Shown here in pieces: positions 18,829 through 26,548 of a stretch of DNA of 64,000 nt. Source of the stretch: Acidobacteriaceae bacterium (GTDB lineage Bacteria > Acidobacteriota > Terriglobia > Terriglobales > Acidobacteriaceae); NCBI GenBank assembly GCA_030041305.1, contig JASHOC010000174.1, forward strand, positions 789-64,788. The letters run 5' to 3'. Both the position numbers and the translations under genes were made by a program. The notes below the pieces were generated by a model, which was not told the DNA's origin, did no database searches, and worked only from the letters and a program-made list of their open reading frames with translations. The stretch's first letter is position 1. Every line of letters starts with the position of its first letter.

Positions 18829-18969
18829 TTCGCAGTCGGAAAGGCGGTTCTCAGTTCACAGTTCACAGATCGGTTCCGCCGATCGAAAACTAGGAGCTGG
18901 GAGTTGAGAACGAGGAATCAGGAACTACGAACTGAGAACTAGGAACTGACAGAACTGAGAACTACGAAC
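18812..18969. repeat. Inverted pair of 7-bp tandem-repeat arrays (CAGTTCN x ~7 / GAACTNN x ~8) around a GATCGG-ttccg-CCGATC palindrome
   Basis: Read directly. The left arm is 'cagttcc cagttca tagttcg cagtcgg ... ctcagtt cacagtt cacagat', the centre lies at 18868-18884, and the right arm is 'gaactac gaactga gaactag gaactga ca gaactga gaactac gaacgg'. It fills the cysH-tauE spacer and begins inside the last cysH codons. Confidence 0.85.
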
Positions 18970-18974
18970 GGACC

Positions 18975-19742
18975 ATGCAATACGTCATCGGATTCGTGAT
19001 TGCGCTGTTTATCGCGCTGACCGGAGTGGGCGCAGGCACCATTACGGTGCCCATTCTGGTGCTGTTTTTGAAAGTGCCGGCGCACATCGCGGTGGGCATC
19101 GGACTGATGTTCGCCGCCGCGGTCAAGCTGATTCTTGTGCCGGCGCAAATCGCGCACCGCAACGTAGCCTGGCGCACGCTCGGTTACATGCTGCTTGGCG
19201 GCGTGCCCGGGGTTCTGCTGGGGGCGCTGTGCTTGCGCGGTTTGGCGACTGCGGGCTCGGAAAACACGCTCGACGCCATTCTCGGCGCAATTCTGGTGTT
19301 GACGGCGAGCTGGCAGATTGCTTATTCTTTTCGCCCCATGCGGCAGGACCGCAATGCTCGCGATCGCAGCCCGTTGCTCTCCTGGCTCATGTTTCCGGTG
19401 GGCGCCGAAGTCGGCTTTTCTTCGGCGGGCGCGGGCGCGTTGGGCAGCGCCGCGTTGCTGAGCCTCACGCCGTTGCCTCCGGCGCAGGTGGTGGGCACCG
19501 ACATCGCCTTCGGCTTTCTGGTGTCGCTCATCGGCAGCGGTGCGCACTGGCTGTCATTCAGCGCCAATCCGGGATTGCTGCTGCAACTCATCGCCGGGGG
19601 CGCCGCCGGAGCCATCGGCGGCACACTGCTGAGCACGCGCGTTCCGCGCCGGCCGCTGCGTTTTGTGCTCTGGGTGTGGCTGCTGATTCTGGGCGGACAA
19701 TTTCTGTTCAACAGCTATCACGTGTGGGCGGCCACGCGCTGA
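18975..19742 (+). CDS. TauE/SafE (TSUP) family sulfite/anion exporter-like membrane protein
   Basis: 255 aa with about 8 TM segments. 'ALTGVGAGTITVPILVLFL' and the later 'AGAGALGSAALL' are the duplicated TSUP glycine motifs. It follows the cys genes. Confidence 0.75.
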   Translation: MQYVIGFVIALFIALTGVGAGTITVPILVLFLKVPAHIAVGIGLMFAAAVKLILVPAQIAHRNVAWRTLGYMLLGGVPGVLLGALCLRGLATAGSENTLDAILGAILVLTASWQIAYSFRPMRQDRNARDRSPLLSWLMFPVGAEVGFSSAGAGALGSAALLSLTPLPPAQVVGTDIAFGFLVSLIGSGAHWLSFSANPGLLLQLIAGGAAGAIGGTLLSTRVPRRPLRFVLWVWLLILGGQFLFNSYHVWAATR

Positions 19743-19760
19743 TGCCTTTATGCGCGGCGT

Positions 19761-20276
19761 TTATGCGCGGGTTGATGGCTCCGACGCTGCGGCCCGAGCG
19801 CAGTCGCTCGTATCCCCTTGAATTTTGCTGACCGCATGCTTCACCGCCGTCCACACGGCGGCAAGGTTCTCGATGGCGCCCGCCGGGCTTCCCGGCAGAT
19901 TCACAATCAGAGTTTGCCCGCGCACGCCGGCCACCGCGCGCGAAAGGATGGCAAAAGGCGTTTTGGCGAGACTGCTGGCGCGCATGGCTTCGCCGATGCC
20001 GGGAATTTCGCGCTCAAGGACGTCGCGCGTGGCCTCCGGCGTCACGTCGCGCGGAGAGACGCCGGTGCCTCCCGTGGTCAGGATCAGGTCACAGTCGGCA
20101 TGGTCGGCCCAGCCGGCCAGTTGCGCCGAGATGGCGCCGGCTTCGTCGGCAAGCAGCCGGGTGAAGACCACCTCGACTTGGCGCTCCGCGAGCCATGAGG
20201 CCAGCGCCGGGCCGCTGCGGTCCTCGCGCTCGCCGCGATCGCCTTTGTCGCTCACCGTGAGGATGGCTGCTTTCAT
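19761..20276 (-). CDS. mog: MogA/MoaB-family molybdopterin adenylyltransferase
   Basis: 'AAILTVSDKGDRGEREDRSG', 'DLILTTGGTGVSPRDVTPEAT' and 'GVRGQTLIVNLPGSP' are canonical MoCF_biosynth domain motifs. Confidence 0.85.
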   Translation of the reverse strand: MKAAILTVSDKGDRGEREDRSGPALASWLAERQVEVVFTRLLADEAGAISAQLAGWADHADCDLILTTGGTGVSPRDVTPEATRDVLEREIPGIGEAMRASSLAKTPFAILSRAVAGVRGQTLIVNLPGSPAGAIENLAAVWTAVKHAVSKIQGDTSDCARAAASEPSTRA

Positions 20277-20306
20277 GGTAGTTCTGGCGGTCTGGCGCCT
20301 GGGTCT

Positions 20307-20732
20307 TCAGTCTACCGCGAGGATCACGTGAGAGGCTTTGAAGGCCGCGCAGGCCGGTTCTCCGGCCGCAAGTCCCAGGGCGTGGGCGCTGGTCTCGGTG
20401 AGAATGGCGGTGATGGTCTCTCCGCCGGCCAGCTTCAAAATCACTTCGGCGTTTACGGTGCCATCGTGCACCGACTCAACGGTACCGCAGAGCACATTGC
20501 GCGTGCTCAGTCTGGCCTGGTCGAGGTTTTTGCCGAGGACGATCCAGGTGGCTTTGATGAGCGCGTACGCGGGCTTGCCGACGGCCAGGCCCAGGCGCTC
20601 CACGCTTTCGTTGGTGATGATGGCCACGATCTCCGCGCCGCCCGCGGCTTTGAGCGTCACTTCGGAGTTGACCGCGCCCTTGGTGATGGCGGCGATGTTG
20701 CCTTGAAACTGATTACGTGCGCTGGTTTTCAC
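20307..20732 (-). CDS. mop: Molybdate-binding protein with two TOBE/Mop domains
   Basis: 141 aa from a GTG start with AAGGAGGG upstream. It has two repeats of 'SARNQFQG...V...GAVNSEV.L...GG..I.A.IT..S...LGL..G....A..KA..V.L'. Confidence 0.85.
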   Translation of the reverse strand: MKTSARNQFQGNIAAITKGAVNSEVTLKAAGGAEIVAIITNESVERLGLAVGKPAYALIKATWIVLGKNLDQARLSTRNVLCGTVESVHDGTVNAEVILKLAGGETITAILTETSAHALGLAAGEPACAAFKASHVILAVD

Positions 20733-20744
20733 GTCGCCCTCCTT

Positions 20745-20890
20745 GGGTTTGAATCATTGCGGCCGTTGAGCGCTTCCGGCGGTCAGCGTAATCAGTGTAC
20801 GCTGGGCAGGCCGGAGCCCCAATTCGACACCCATCCGGCGTTGGGCCAGTTTGACCGGCCCGCTCGGAGGGTCAAAGCTCGAAGTGGAAT
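20745..20890 (-). promoter_or_regulatory. Structured leader upstream of mop-mog; possible Moco (molybdenum cofactor) riboswitch
   Basis: The minus-strand RNA reads '...UUUGACCCUCCGAGCGGGCCGGUCAAACUGGCCCAACGCCGGAUGGGUGUCGAAUUGGGGCUCCGGCCUGCCC...'. It contains competing hairpins (UUUGACC/GGUCAAA versus GGGCC/GGCCC; GCCGGA/UCCGGC), and CCUCC...CUGG...GGAUGGGUG resembles the E. coli moaA Moco element (GCCUCCC...CUGGAAAGGUG, recalled from memory). No covariance search was run. Confidence 0.3.
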
Positions 20891-21129
20891 CTGTCAGGGA
20901 TGTGACCAGTCAGCACCCCACCCCCTACCCCCCTGCCATTCTGGCGATAAGCGGCTTGTTTTCAGCAGCTTACGCCGACGAATTCGACGTAACCCGATGA
21001 AAACAGGACACTTATTTTCAGAATATAGAGAACAAAGGAGTTAGCTTCGCTCGCTTCGGCTTTTCTGTGGGTCTTGCCGGTTTTCTTCCCTCGCAATCTG
21101 CTACGGATTGACTATGGATTGCCACAAAA

Positions 21130-21169
21130 CAGTTCTCAGTTCGCAGTTTTCAGTTCGCAGTTCTCGAGG
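21130..21169. repeat. 7-bp tandem repeat array (CAGTTCT CAGTTCG CAGTTTT CAGTTCG CAGTTCT)
   Basis: Read directly. It lies in the long non-coding stretch after mop. Confidence 0.85.
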
Positions 21170-21287
21170 CGTTGGGGTAGAGAACAACCTCCCAATCCGA
21201 TCGAACCATCGTTTTTCCGGTGTGCATAGTTCCAGTATGACGAAAAGCGCGTAATTACCGGTCAATTGGGGCAGAAATTTTTGAGGG

Positions 21288-21372
21288 GGTGGGTCAGCGG
21301 GTTAGCAAGTCAGCGAGTCAGCGGGTTAGCGAGTTAGCGAGCCAGCGAGGCGGAGATTGGCGGTTGAGGTGC
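21288..21372. repeat. 8-bp G-rich tandem repeat array (GGGTCAGC GGGTTAGC AAGTCAGC GAGTCAGC GGGTTAGC GAGTTAGC GAGCCAGC ...)
   Basis: Read directly; it degenerates toward the 3' side. Confidence 0.85.
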
Positions 21373-21755
21373 GCTGCGGGTGCGACGAAATGGCTGCAAT
21401 TGTTGCTGGAATGAGTGCAATTGAAGTGAAATCGGGCGTTTTTTAGCCGAAAATAGGCGCCATTTTGAGCCTTTTGCGCGGCGAGTTTTCGCTTCCCGGT
21501 GATATGGCTCACTCGAAAGGAAGGTTTGGCGACTTTACGACAAAAGTGGTTCGCCGAGCACTGGCCCGTCTGCCGACGCCCGAGCCAGAAGTGTTTACTT
21601 CGATATAACTGACGAATAGCCGACCATCCACTCGCAATCTGTTACCCAGTCCGACTTGCCCGCACAACTCCATTGGTAACAGTCACAAAGTTGTGGGAGT
21701 CTAAAAGACTGGCCGACTCTACGCCGGAATTGGACCCGGCTTTTCAGGAGGAACA

Positions 21756-22163
21756 ATGAGGCTCCCGTTGCTTTGTGTCGCAATCGCATGTCAGCTTCTC
21801 GCTTGTGCTTCTCACTCTGTGTGCCAAGAGACGAAAGCACAACCGAACCGAGTTCATTTCGTGTTTGCTTTCCCGGACGGTCACCACGAGATATTCCGCA
21901 TGGAAGCAGACCGCGCACAGAAGATTGTCTCGAACACGGGAGCCGGAGATGTTCTTCAGCTAAGAGGCGATGTGAGATTGACGATGATTCCGCGCCCCGC
22001 ATATGCTGTTCCGCGTCGGAGTGCAAGCGAAGACCCCGGGATACCTCATTCACTGGTATTGCTGCATGCTGATGGCGTTGACTACAACGAAAAGACCGGC
22101 CAGATTCACACACAAGGCGACGTGTATATCACCTTCAGCGATCAAGGCCACAAGCGCGATTAG
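21756..22163 (+). CDS. Small secreted/lipoprotein-like protein (135 aa), weak OstA/LptA-like repeat character
   Basis: AGGAGG lies 5 nt upstream of the ATG. Signal peptide 'MRLPLLCVAIACQLLACAS'. 'GDVLQLRGDVRLTM' and 'KTGQIHTQGDVYITF' resemble OstA-type beta-jellyroll strands. It is isolated in a lower-GC, otherwise non-coding 1.9-kb stretch. Confidence 0.5.
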   Translation: MRLPLLCVAIACQLLACASHSVCQETKAQPNRVHFVFAFPDGHHEIFRMEADRAQKIVSNTGAGDVLQLRGDVRLTMIPRPAYAVPRRSASEDPGIPHSLVLLHADGVDYNEKTGQIHTQGDVYITFSDQGHKRD

Positions 22164-22663
22164 TGAAAGTAGTCCAAGATAGTTGAAGCTGGCCGCTCAC
22201 CCAACTACAGGTCTCGTCTACTGGCCGCCAAAGCACGCGTAAAACGCGAAATGCTCGCTGAGGCGAGACGTCTTGAGCCAATCACCGGCTATCCGGAAAT
22301 AACTCTGGGAGCGGACCGAAAAGCAACCGCGGATGCTTCGCTGTGCTCAGCATGACAGTGGCTTATTGGTTCGTTCTTCGGGACGACTGACATCGTGTCC
22401 TTCTAAAACACGCCGAAGCTGGCGGACAACCGCCCAACCTGAATTCCTGCTTGATTCACAGCACAGCGTGCGGACTCGGCGCCGGAGGAGACGGGAAGTG
22501 AAATTCCGGGTGGTGTGGCGCCTTGGCCCGATCTTGCGATCGTGGTCTGGCGAATGAAGTCGTTCGGACGCCCACTCATCGCGATGAGACCGCGATGAAT
22601 AGGGCACAGCGCGTACTTCCCTCTGTTGAGCGCAGGGAAGAAGCGATGAGTGCGCCACCTGCC

Positions 22664-24025
22664 TCAAGCGGGCGGTGGCCGCTTCCCCGCCCGAATCCTC
22701 CGTATCTCCTCCATGCGCGCGGCGAGCTGCTTTTCGCGCCCCTCCTGCGTGGGCTGGTAGTAACTGCGGCCTTTGAGCGAATCCGGCAGGCAATCCATAT
22801 CGGCGACTTTGCCTTCTTCGTCGTGGGCATACTTGTAGCCTTCGGCGTAGCCCAGCTCTTTCATCAGGCGCGTGGGGGCGTTGCGCAAATGCAGCGGGAC
22901 CGGCTCCTGGCGGGTGTGCTCGATGTCGTCCTGGACCGCGCCATAAGCCGTGTACACCGCATTCGATTTGGGCGCGAGGCAGAGATAGACCACCGCTTCC
23001 GCGAGCGCCAGGTCGCCTTCGGGCGAGCCGAGAAAGTCGTACGCGTCTTTCGCCGAGAGGCAGAGGTTCATGGCCTCGGGCGCGGCCAGACCGATGTCTT
23101 CAATCGCCATGCGCACGATGCGCCGCGCCAGGTAGAGCGGATCTTCGCCGGCGGCGAACATGCGGCCCAGCCAGTAGAGCGCGGCGTCGGGATCGGAGTT
23201 GCGCACGCTCTTGTGCAGCGCGGAGATGAGGTTAAAGTGCTCCTCGCCGGATTTGTCATACATCAGCACGCGCTTCTGCACGGCTTCGGCGGCGGTGGCC
23301 CTGGTGATGCGCCTGTCGGCTTCGACGGCTAGCTGGGCCGCGACTTCGAGCGCGTTGTAGGCGCTGCGGCAGTCGCCGCTCGAGTAGCCGGCCATCAGCT
23401 CCAGGGCGTCCTCGTCCGCAGCCAGCTCGAGGGCCCCAAGGCCGCGTTCCCGATCGGCCAAGGCCCTCCGCAGCAGCTCCACGATCTGCTCCTCTTTGAG
23501 CGGTTCGAGCACGTACACGCGGCAGCGCGAGAGCAAGGCGGAAATAATTTCGAACGACGGGTTCTCGGTGGTGGCGCCGATGAGCCGGATCGTGCCTCGC
23601 TCCACGTAAGGAAGAAACGCGTCCTGTTGCGCCTTGTTAAAGCGGTGAATCTCATCCACAAACAAGATGGTGCGCGAGTGCATTTCCGCCGCGCGGGCGG
23701 CGTCGGCCATCACCTGTTTGATCTCCTTGATGCCGCTGGTGACGGCGGAAAACTCGATGAAGCTCGCCTGGGTGGTTTCGGCAATGATTTTGGCCAGCGT
23801 GGTTTTGCCCACGCCGGGCGGACCCCAGAAGATCATGGAGCCGGCGTCGTCGCGCTCGATTTGCACGCGCAGCGGCTTGCCGGGACCGACCAGATGTTCC
23901 TGGCCCATCAGCTCATCCAGCGACCGCGGCCGCATCCTCTCCGCCAACGGCGCCATTGCCACTGCGTGGGGCGGGGTTTTGGACGAGCGCAGTGCAGCTT
24001 CGGGCGTCGTGTCGAACAAGCTCAT
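22664..24025 (-). CDS. rarA: Replication-associated recombination protein A (AAA+ ATPase)
   Basis: Walker A 'FWGPPGVGKTTLA', Walker B 'ILFVDEIHRFNK', and the C-terminal MgsA domain 'YDKSGEEHFNLISALHKSVRNSDPDAALYWL'. Confidence 0.9.
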   Translation of the reverse strand: MSLFDTTPEAALRSSKTPPHAVAMAPLAERMRPRSLDELMGQEHLVGPGKPLRVQIERDDAGSMIFWGPPGVGKTTLAKIIAETTQASFIEFSAVTSGIKEIKQVMADAARAAEMHSRTILFVDEIHRFNKAQQDAFLPYVERGTIRLIGATTENPSFEIISALLSRCRVYVLEPLKEEQIVELLRRALADRERGLGALELAADEDALELMAGYSSGDCRSAYNALEVAAQLAVEADRRITRATAAEAVQKRVLMYDKSGEEHFNLISALHKSVRNSDPDAALYWLGRMFAAGEDPLYLARRIVRMAIEDIGLAAPEAMNLCLSAKDAYDFLGSPEGDLALAEAVVYLCLAPKSNAVYTAYGAVQDDIEHTRQEPVPLHLRNAPTRLMKELGYAEGYKYAHDEEGKVADMDCLPDSLKGRSYYQPTQEGREKQLAARMEEIRRIRAGKRPPPA

Positions 24026-24987
24026 CACGCGCCTCCGCGAAGCGCCGGCAGGCGGCGGCGCTGCCGGGCGGCTTCATAGAGCAGCACGCTGGCGGCGACG
24101 GCGGCGTTAAGGCTTTCCACGGGGCCGGGGCAAGGAATGGTGACGGCGCCATCGGCCATGGCGGCCAGCTTAGGCGGCACGCCGGCGCCCTCATTGCCGA
24201 AGACTAGGGCGACAGGTGTGGTGAGATCGATAAGGTCAGCCGGCTTGGCGGCGCGGACGTCCGTGGTCCAAATTCTCAGCTCAGCTTCACGGAGGCGCGC
24301 GAAGCAGGCCTCGGCGCTTGCCGGAATGACGGGAAGCCGGAAAACGCTGCCCGCCGAGGCGCGCACCGCCTTCGGGTTCCAGGCGCTGACCGTGCCCGGC
24401 AAGCTCACGATGCCGCCGGCGCCAAAGGCCTCGGCCGAGCGCAGGATCGTGCCCAGGTTGCCGGGGTCCTGGAGGCCGGCAAGAACGAGGATGAGCCCGG
24501 CTGTGTGAGGAGCTGGGGCCGAAGCTCTCTGATTTCGTTTGCCTTTTGGGGCGCGCGATCCGCTGAAACGGGTTGCCCGGGCGTGTTTTAATGCAACGCC
24601 CGAAGAGGGCTGGTTGGCGCCATCCTCTTCGGATATGGAATGAATGGCCGGGGCAGGTTTGAAGAGGTGCGCCCAGGTCCAATCGGGCGTCTCCACTAGC
24701 GCAGCAAGGGGTTGCGGCGTCTCCGTGGCCAGCACAGAGTCCAGCAAAGGCCTGGGTACGAGCAGAGCTTCGGTCTCGGGCGGCAGCGGAAGAGATTGCA
24801 GCAGGCTTTCAAAGCCTCGGGCGACGAAGACACAAGGAACCCGTACGCCCGAGCGCAGCGCCTCCTCGAGAAGGTGCGTCCCTTCGATCCCGGCCCGGCG
24901 CTGGCCGTTGCGGCCAGGGCTGGCGAAGGCCTTCCGAAGCTCTTTGAGGCGGCCGTTTTGCTGACTGAATACAATGCGAGCAGGCAT
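24025..24987 (-). CDS. TrmH/SpoU-family RNA 2'-O-methyltransferase (RlmB-like) with an internal low-complexity insertion
   Basis: SpoU motifs 'LAGLQDPGNLGTILRSAEAFG', 'LVFGNEGAGV' and 'IPCPGPVESLNAAVAASVLLYE'. Its stop overlaps the rarA ATG. Confidence 0.8.
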   Translation of the reverse strand: MPARIVFSQQNGRLKELRKAFASPGRNGQRRAGIEGTHLLEEALRSGVRVPCVFVARGFESLLQSLPLPPETEALLVPRPLLDSVLATETPQPLAALVETPDWTWAHLFKPAPAIHSISEEDGANQPSSGVALKHARATRFSGSRAPKGKRNQRASAPAPHTAGLILVLAGLQDPGNLGTILRSAEAFGAGGIVSLPGTVSAWNPKAVRASAGSVFRLPVIPASAEACFARLREAELRIWTTDVRAAKPADLIDLTTPVALVFGNEGAGVPPKLAAMADGAVTIPCPGPVESLNAAVAASVLLYEAARQRRRLPALRGGA

Positions 24988-25160
24988 GGGGCGACTCGTG
25001 CGTGCTGAGCCGATTCTATGCCGTTTTACCGGGCTCGGGAGGAAGGCCGGAGGGGCCGAATTGACCGGCGGCGGGCGCCGCGGCTTGCACCGCGGCTGGT
25101 GCTGTGTTAGTTTCCGTCTTTGTAACGTCTGCTTTTTTTCGCGAACCGAGGTAGGCTTTC

Positions 25161-25805
25161 TTGTCCGCGGAGATTTTGCGCGTCCATCCCGATGAACCTC
25201 AACCGGACCGGATCAACTATATTGTCTCCTGCCTGCGCAAAGGTGATGTGATCGCTCTGCCCACCGACACCTTTTACGGCCTGGCGGTGGACCCTGTCAA
25301 TCTCTACGCGGTGGAACGCATTTACCAGATCAAAACGCGCCAAAAGCACAAGCCCCTCTCGCTGCTCATCGCCAGCCTGGCCCAAGCGTATACGCTGGCG
25401 CGGGACTCCGATGCGATGCTCGACAAGCTTGCCGACCGGTTCTGGCCTGGGCCGCTGACCATTATTGTCCGCGCCGGGAGCAAGCTGCCCTTGCGCTCGA
25501 CCGCCAACACCGGCAACGTGGCGCTGCGGGTGCCGGACGCCGCGATTCCCCGCGCCGTGGTGGAGCAGTTCGGCCTGCCCATCACGGCCACTTCGGCCAA
25601 TCTGCAAGGCGCTTCGGAGTGCACGCACGCCGCGTGCGTCCGCGACCAGATCGGCGACCGCATTCCTTTGATCGTCGACGGTGGGCCCACCGGCCGGGCG
25701 CTGCCCACCACCATCGTCGATCTTTCCCTGGGGCCGGGCCGCTGGGAGATTCTGCGCGAAGGCGCCATCCCTACGCACGAAGTGGTGATGATCCTGCAGC
25801 GGTAA
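25161..25805 (+). CDS. tsaC: L-threonylcarbamoyladenylate synthase (YrdC/TsaC domain only)
   Basis: 'KGDVIALPTDTFYGLAVDP', 'KTRQKHKPLSLLI', 'WPGPLTII' and 'TSANLQG' are YrdC/Sua5 motifs. The start is TTG. Confidence 0.85.
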   Translation: MSAEILRVHPDEPQPDRINYIVSCLRKGDVIALPTDTFYGLAVDPVNLYAVERIYQIKTRQKHKPLSLLIASLAQAYTLARDSDAMLDKLADRFWPGPLTIIVRAGSKLPLRSTANTGNVALRVPDAAIPRAVVEQFGLPITATSANLQGASECTHAACVRDQIGDRIPLIVDGGPTGRALPTTIVDLSLGPGRWEILREGAIPTHEVVMILQR

Positions 25806-25806
25806 G

Positions 25807-26436
25807 ATGGTCGGTATGGGGCGGGGGGTGAACCCGGCGCACCGCAAGTGGGTTCGACGAGCGGCGGTTGTGGTGGCTTTGGCGTTGGCCGCAGGAGCCT
25901 TCGCGTGGTGCCGCTGGGTTTATACACAAATTGAGCACTACGCCAGCGAGGATCAGGCTGCGCCCTCGGACGCGATCTGCGTGTTCGGGGCCGCGGAGTA
26001 CGACGGCCGGCCCTCTCCCGTTTACCGCGCCCGCCTCGATCAAGCGCTCGAACTCTACCATCGCGGCATCGCCCCGCTGATCATCACCCTTGGCGGCCCG
26101 GGCGGCGACCAGTACACAGAAGGGGCCGTGGGGCGCGATTACCTGATCAGCCGCGGTGTTCCCGAACAAGACATTATTGCTGAAACCCAGAGCCGCGACA
26201 CCGAGGAATCCGCCCGCCGCGTGGCGGTGATCGCCCGCGCCAATGGCTTCAAACGGCTGGTCATCGTCAGCGATGGGACGCATCTGTTCCGCATTCACGC
26301 CCTTTGCGCCGCCTACGGGCTCGATATTTTAACGTCGCCCCGCCCCACCGCGCCGATCGAAGACGCCTCCCTGGAATTCGATCGCATTGCGCACGAAATC
26401 CTCAGCTACACGTTCTGGCGGTTGCATTTGCACTGA
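25807..26436 (+). CDS. YdcF/ElyC-family (DUF218) protein
   Basis: An N-terminal TM is followed by 'AICVFGAAEYDGRPSPVYRARLDQALELYHRGIAPLIITLGG' and 'VIVSDGTHLFR', which is typical of DUF218. Confidence 0.75.
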   Translation: MVGMGRGVNPAHRKWVRRAAVVVALALAAGAFAWCRWVYTQIEHYASEDQAAPSDAICVFGAAEYDGRPSPVYRARLDQALELYHRGIAPLIITLGGPGGDQYTEGAVGRDYLISRGVPEQDIIAETQSRDTEESARRVAVIARANGFKRLVIVSDGTHLFRIHALCAAYGLDILTSPRPTAPIEDASLEFDRIAHEILSYTFWRLHLH

Positions 26437-26437
26437 A

Positions 26438-26545
26438 GCGGGGTTAGCGGGTTAGCGGACTTAGCAGGGCTAGCGGGGTTGGCGGGGCTTGGCGGACCTA
26501 GCGGAGCCCGTGGGTGCGGGATTGGCAGGGCTGGCGGGGTCGGCT
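26438..26545. repeat. G-rich 8-9-bp tandem repeat array (GGGTTAGC family) filling a convergent intergenic spacer
   Basis: 'gcggggttagcgggttagcggacttagcagggctagcggggttggcggggcttggcggacctagcggagcccgtgggtgcgggattggcagggctggcggggtcggc'. It contains a canonical G4 pattern at 26512-26539. Confidence 0.85.
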
Positions 26546-26548
26546 ACA

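Noticed and set aside
18812-18969. Possibility that the short tandem-repeat arrays (here and at 21130, 21288, 26438, 63061) are CRISPR arrays
   Set aside because: The period is only 7-9 bp with no unique spacers, and no cas genes lie nearby. They are simple tandem repeats.
22337-22604. 'GCTTCGCTGTGCTCAGCATGAC' box and the CCCACTCATCGCG/CGCGATGAATAGGG hairpin; also 'cccacccttgcggcaaaaac...gatggggcgccc' at 955-1015
   Set aside because: They resemble REP/MITE-like intergenic elements I have seen give spurious ORFs in other genomes. Each occurs only once in this window and is degenerate, so no element can be defined without genome-wide copy counts. They are mentioned under the 20733-22663 finding only.
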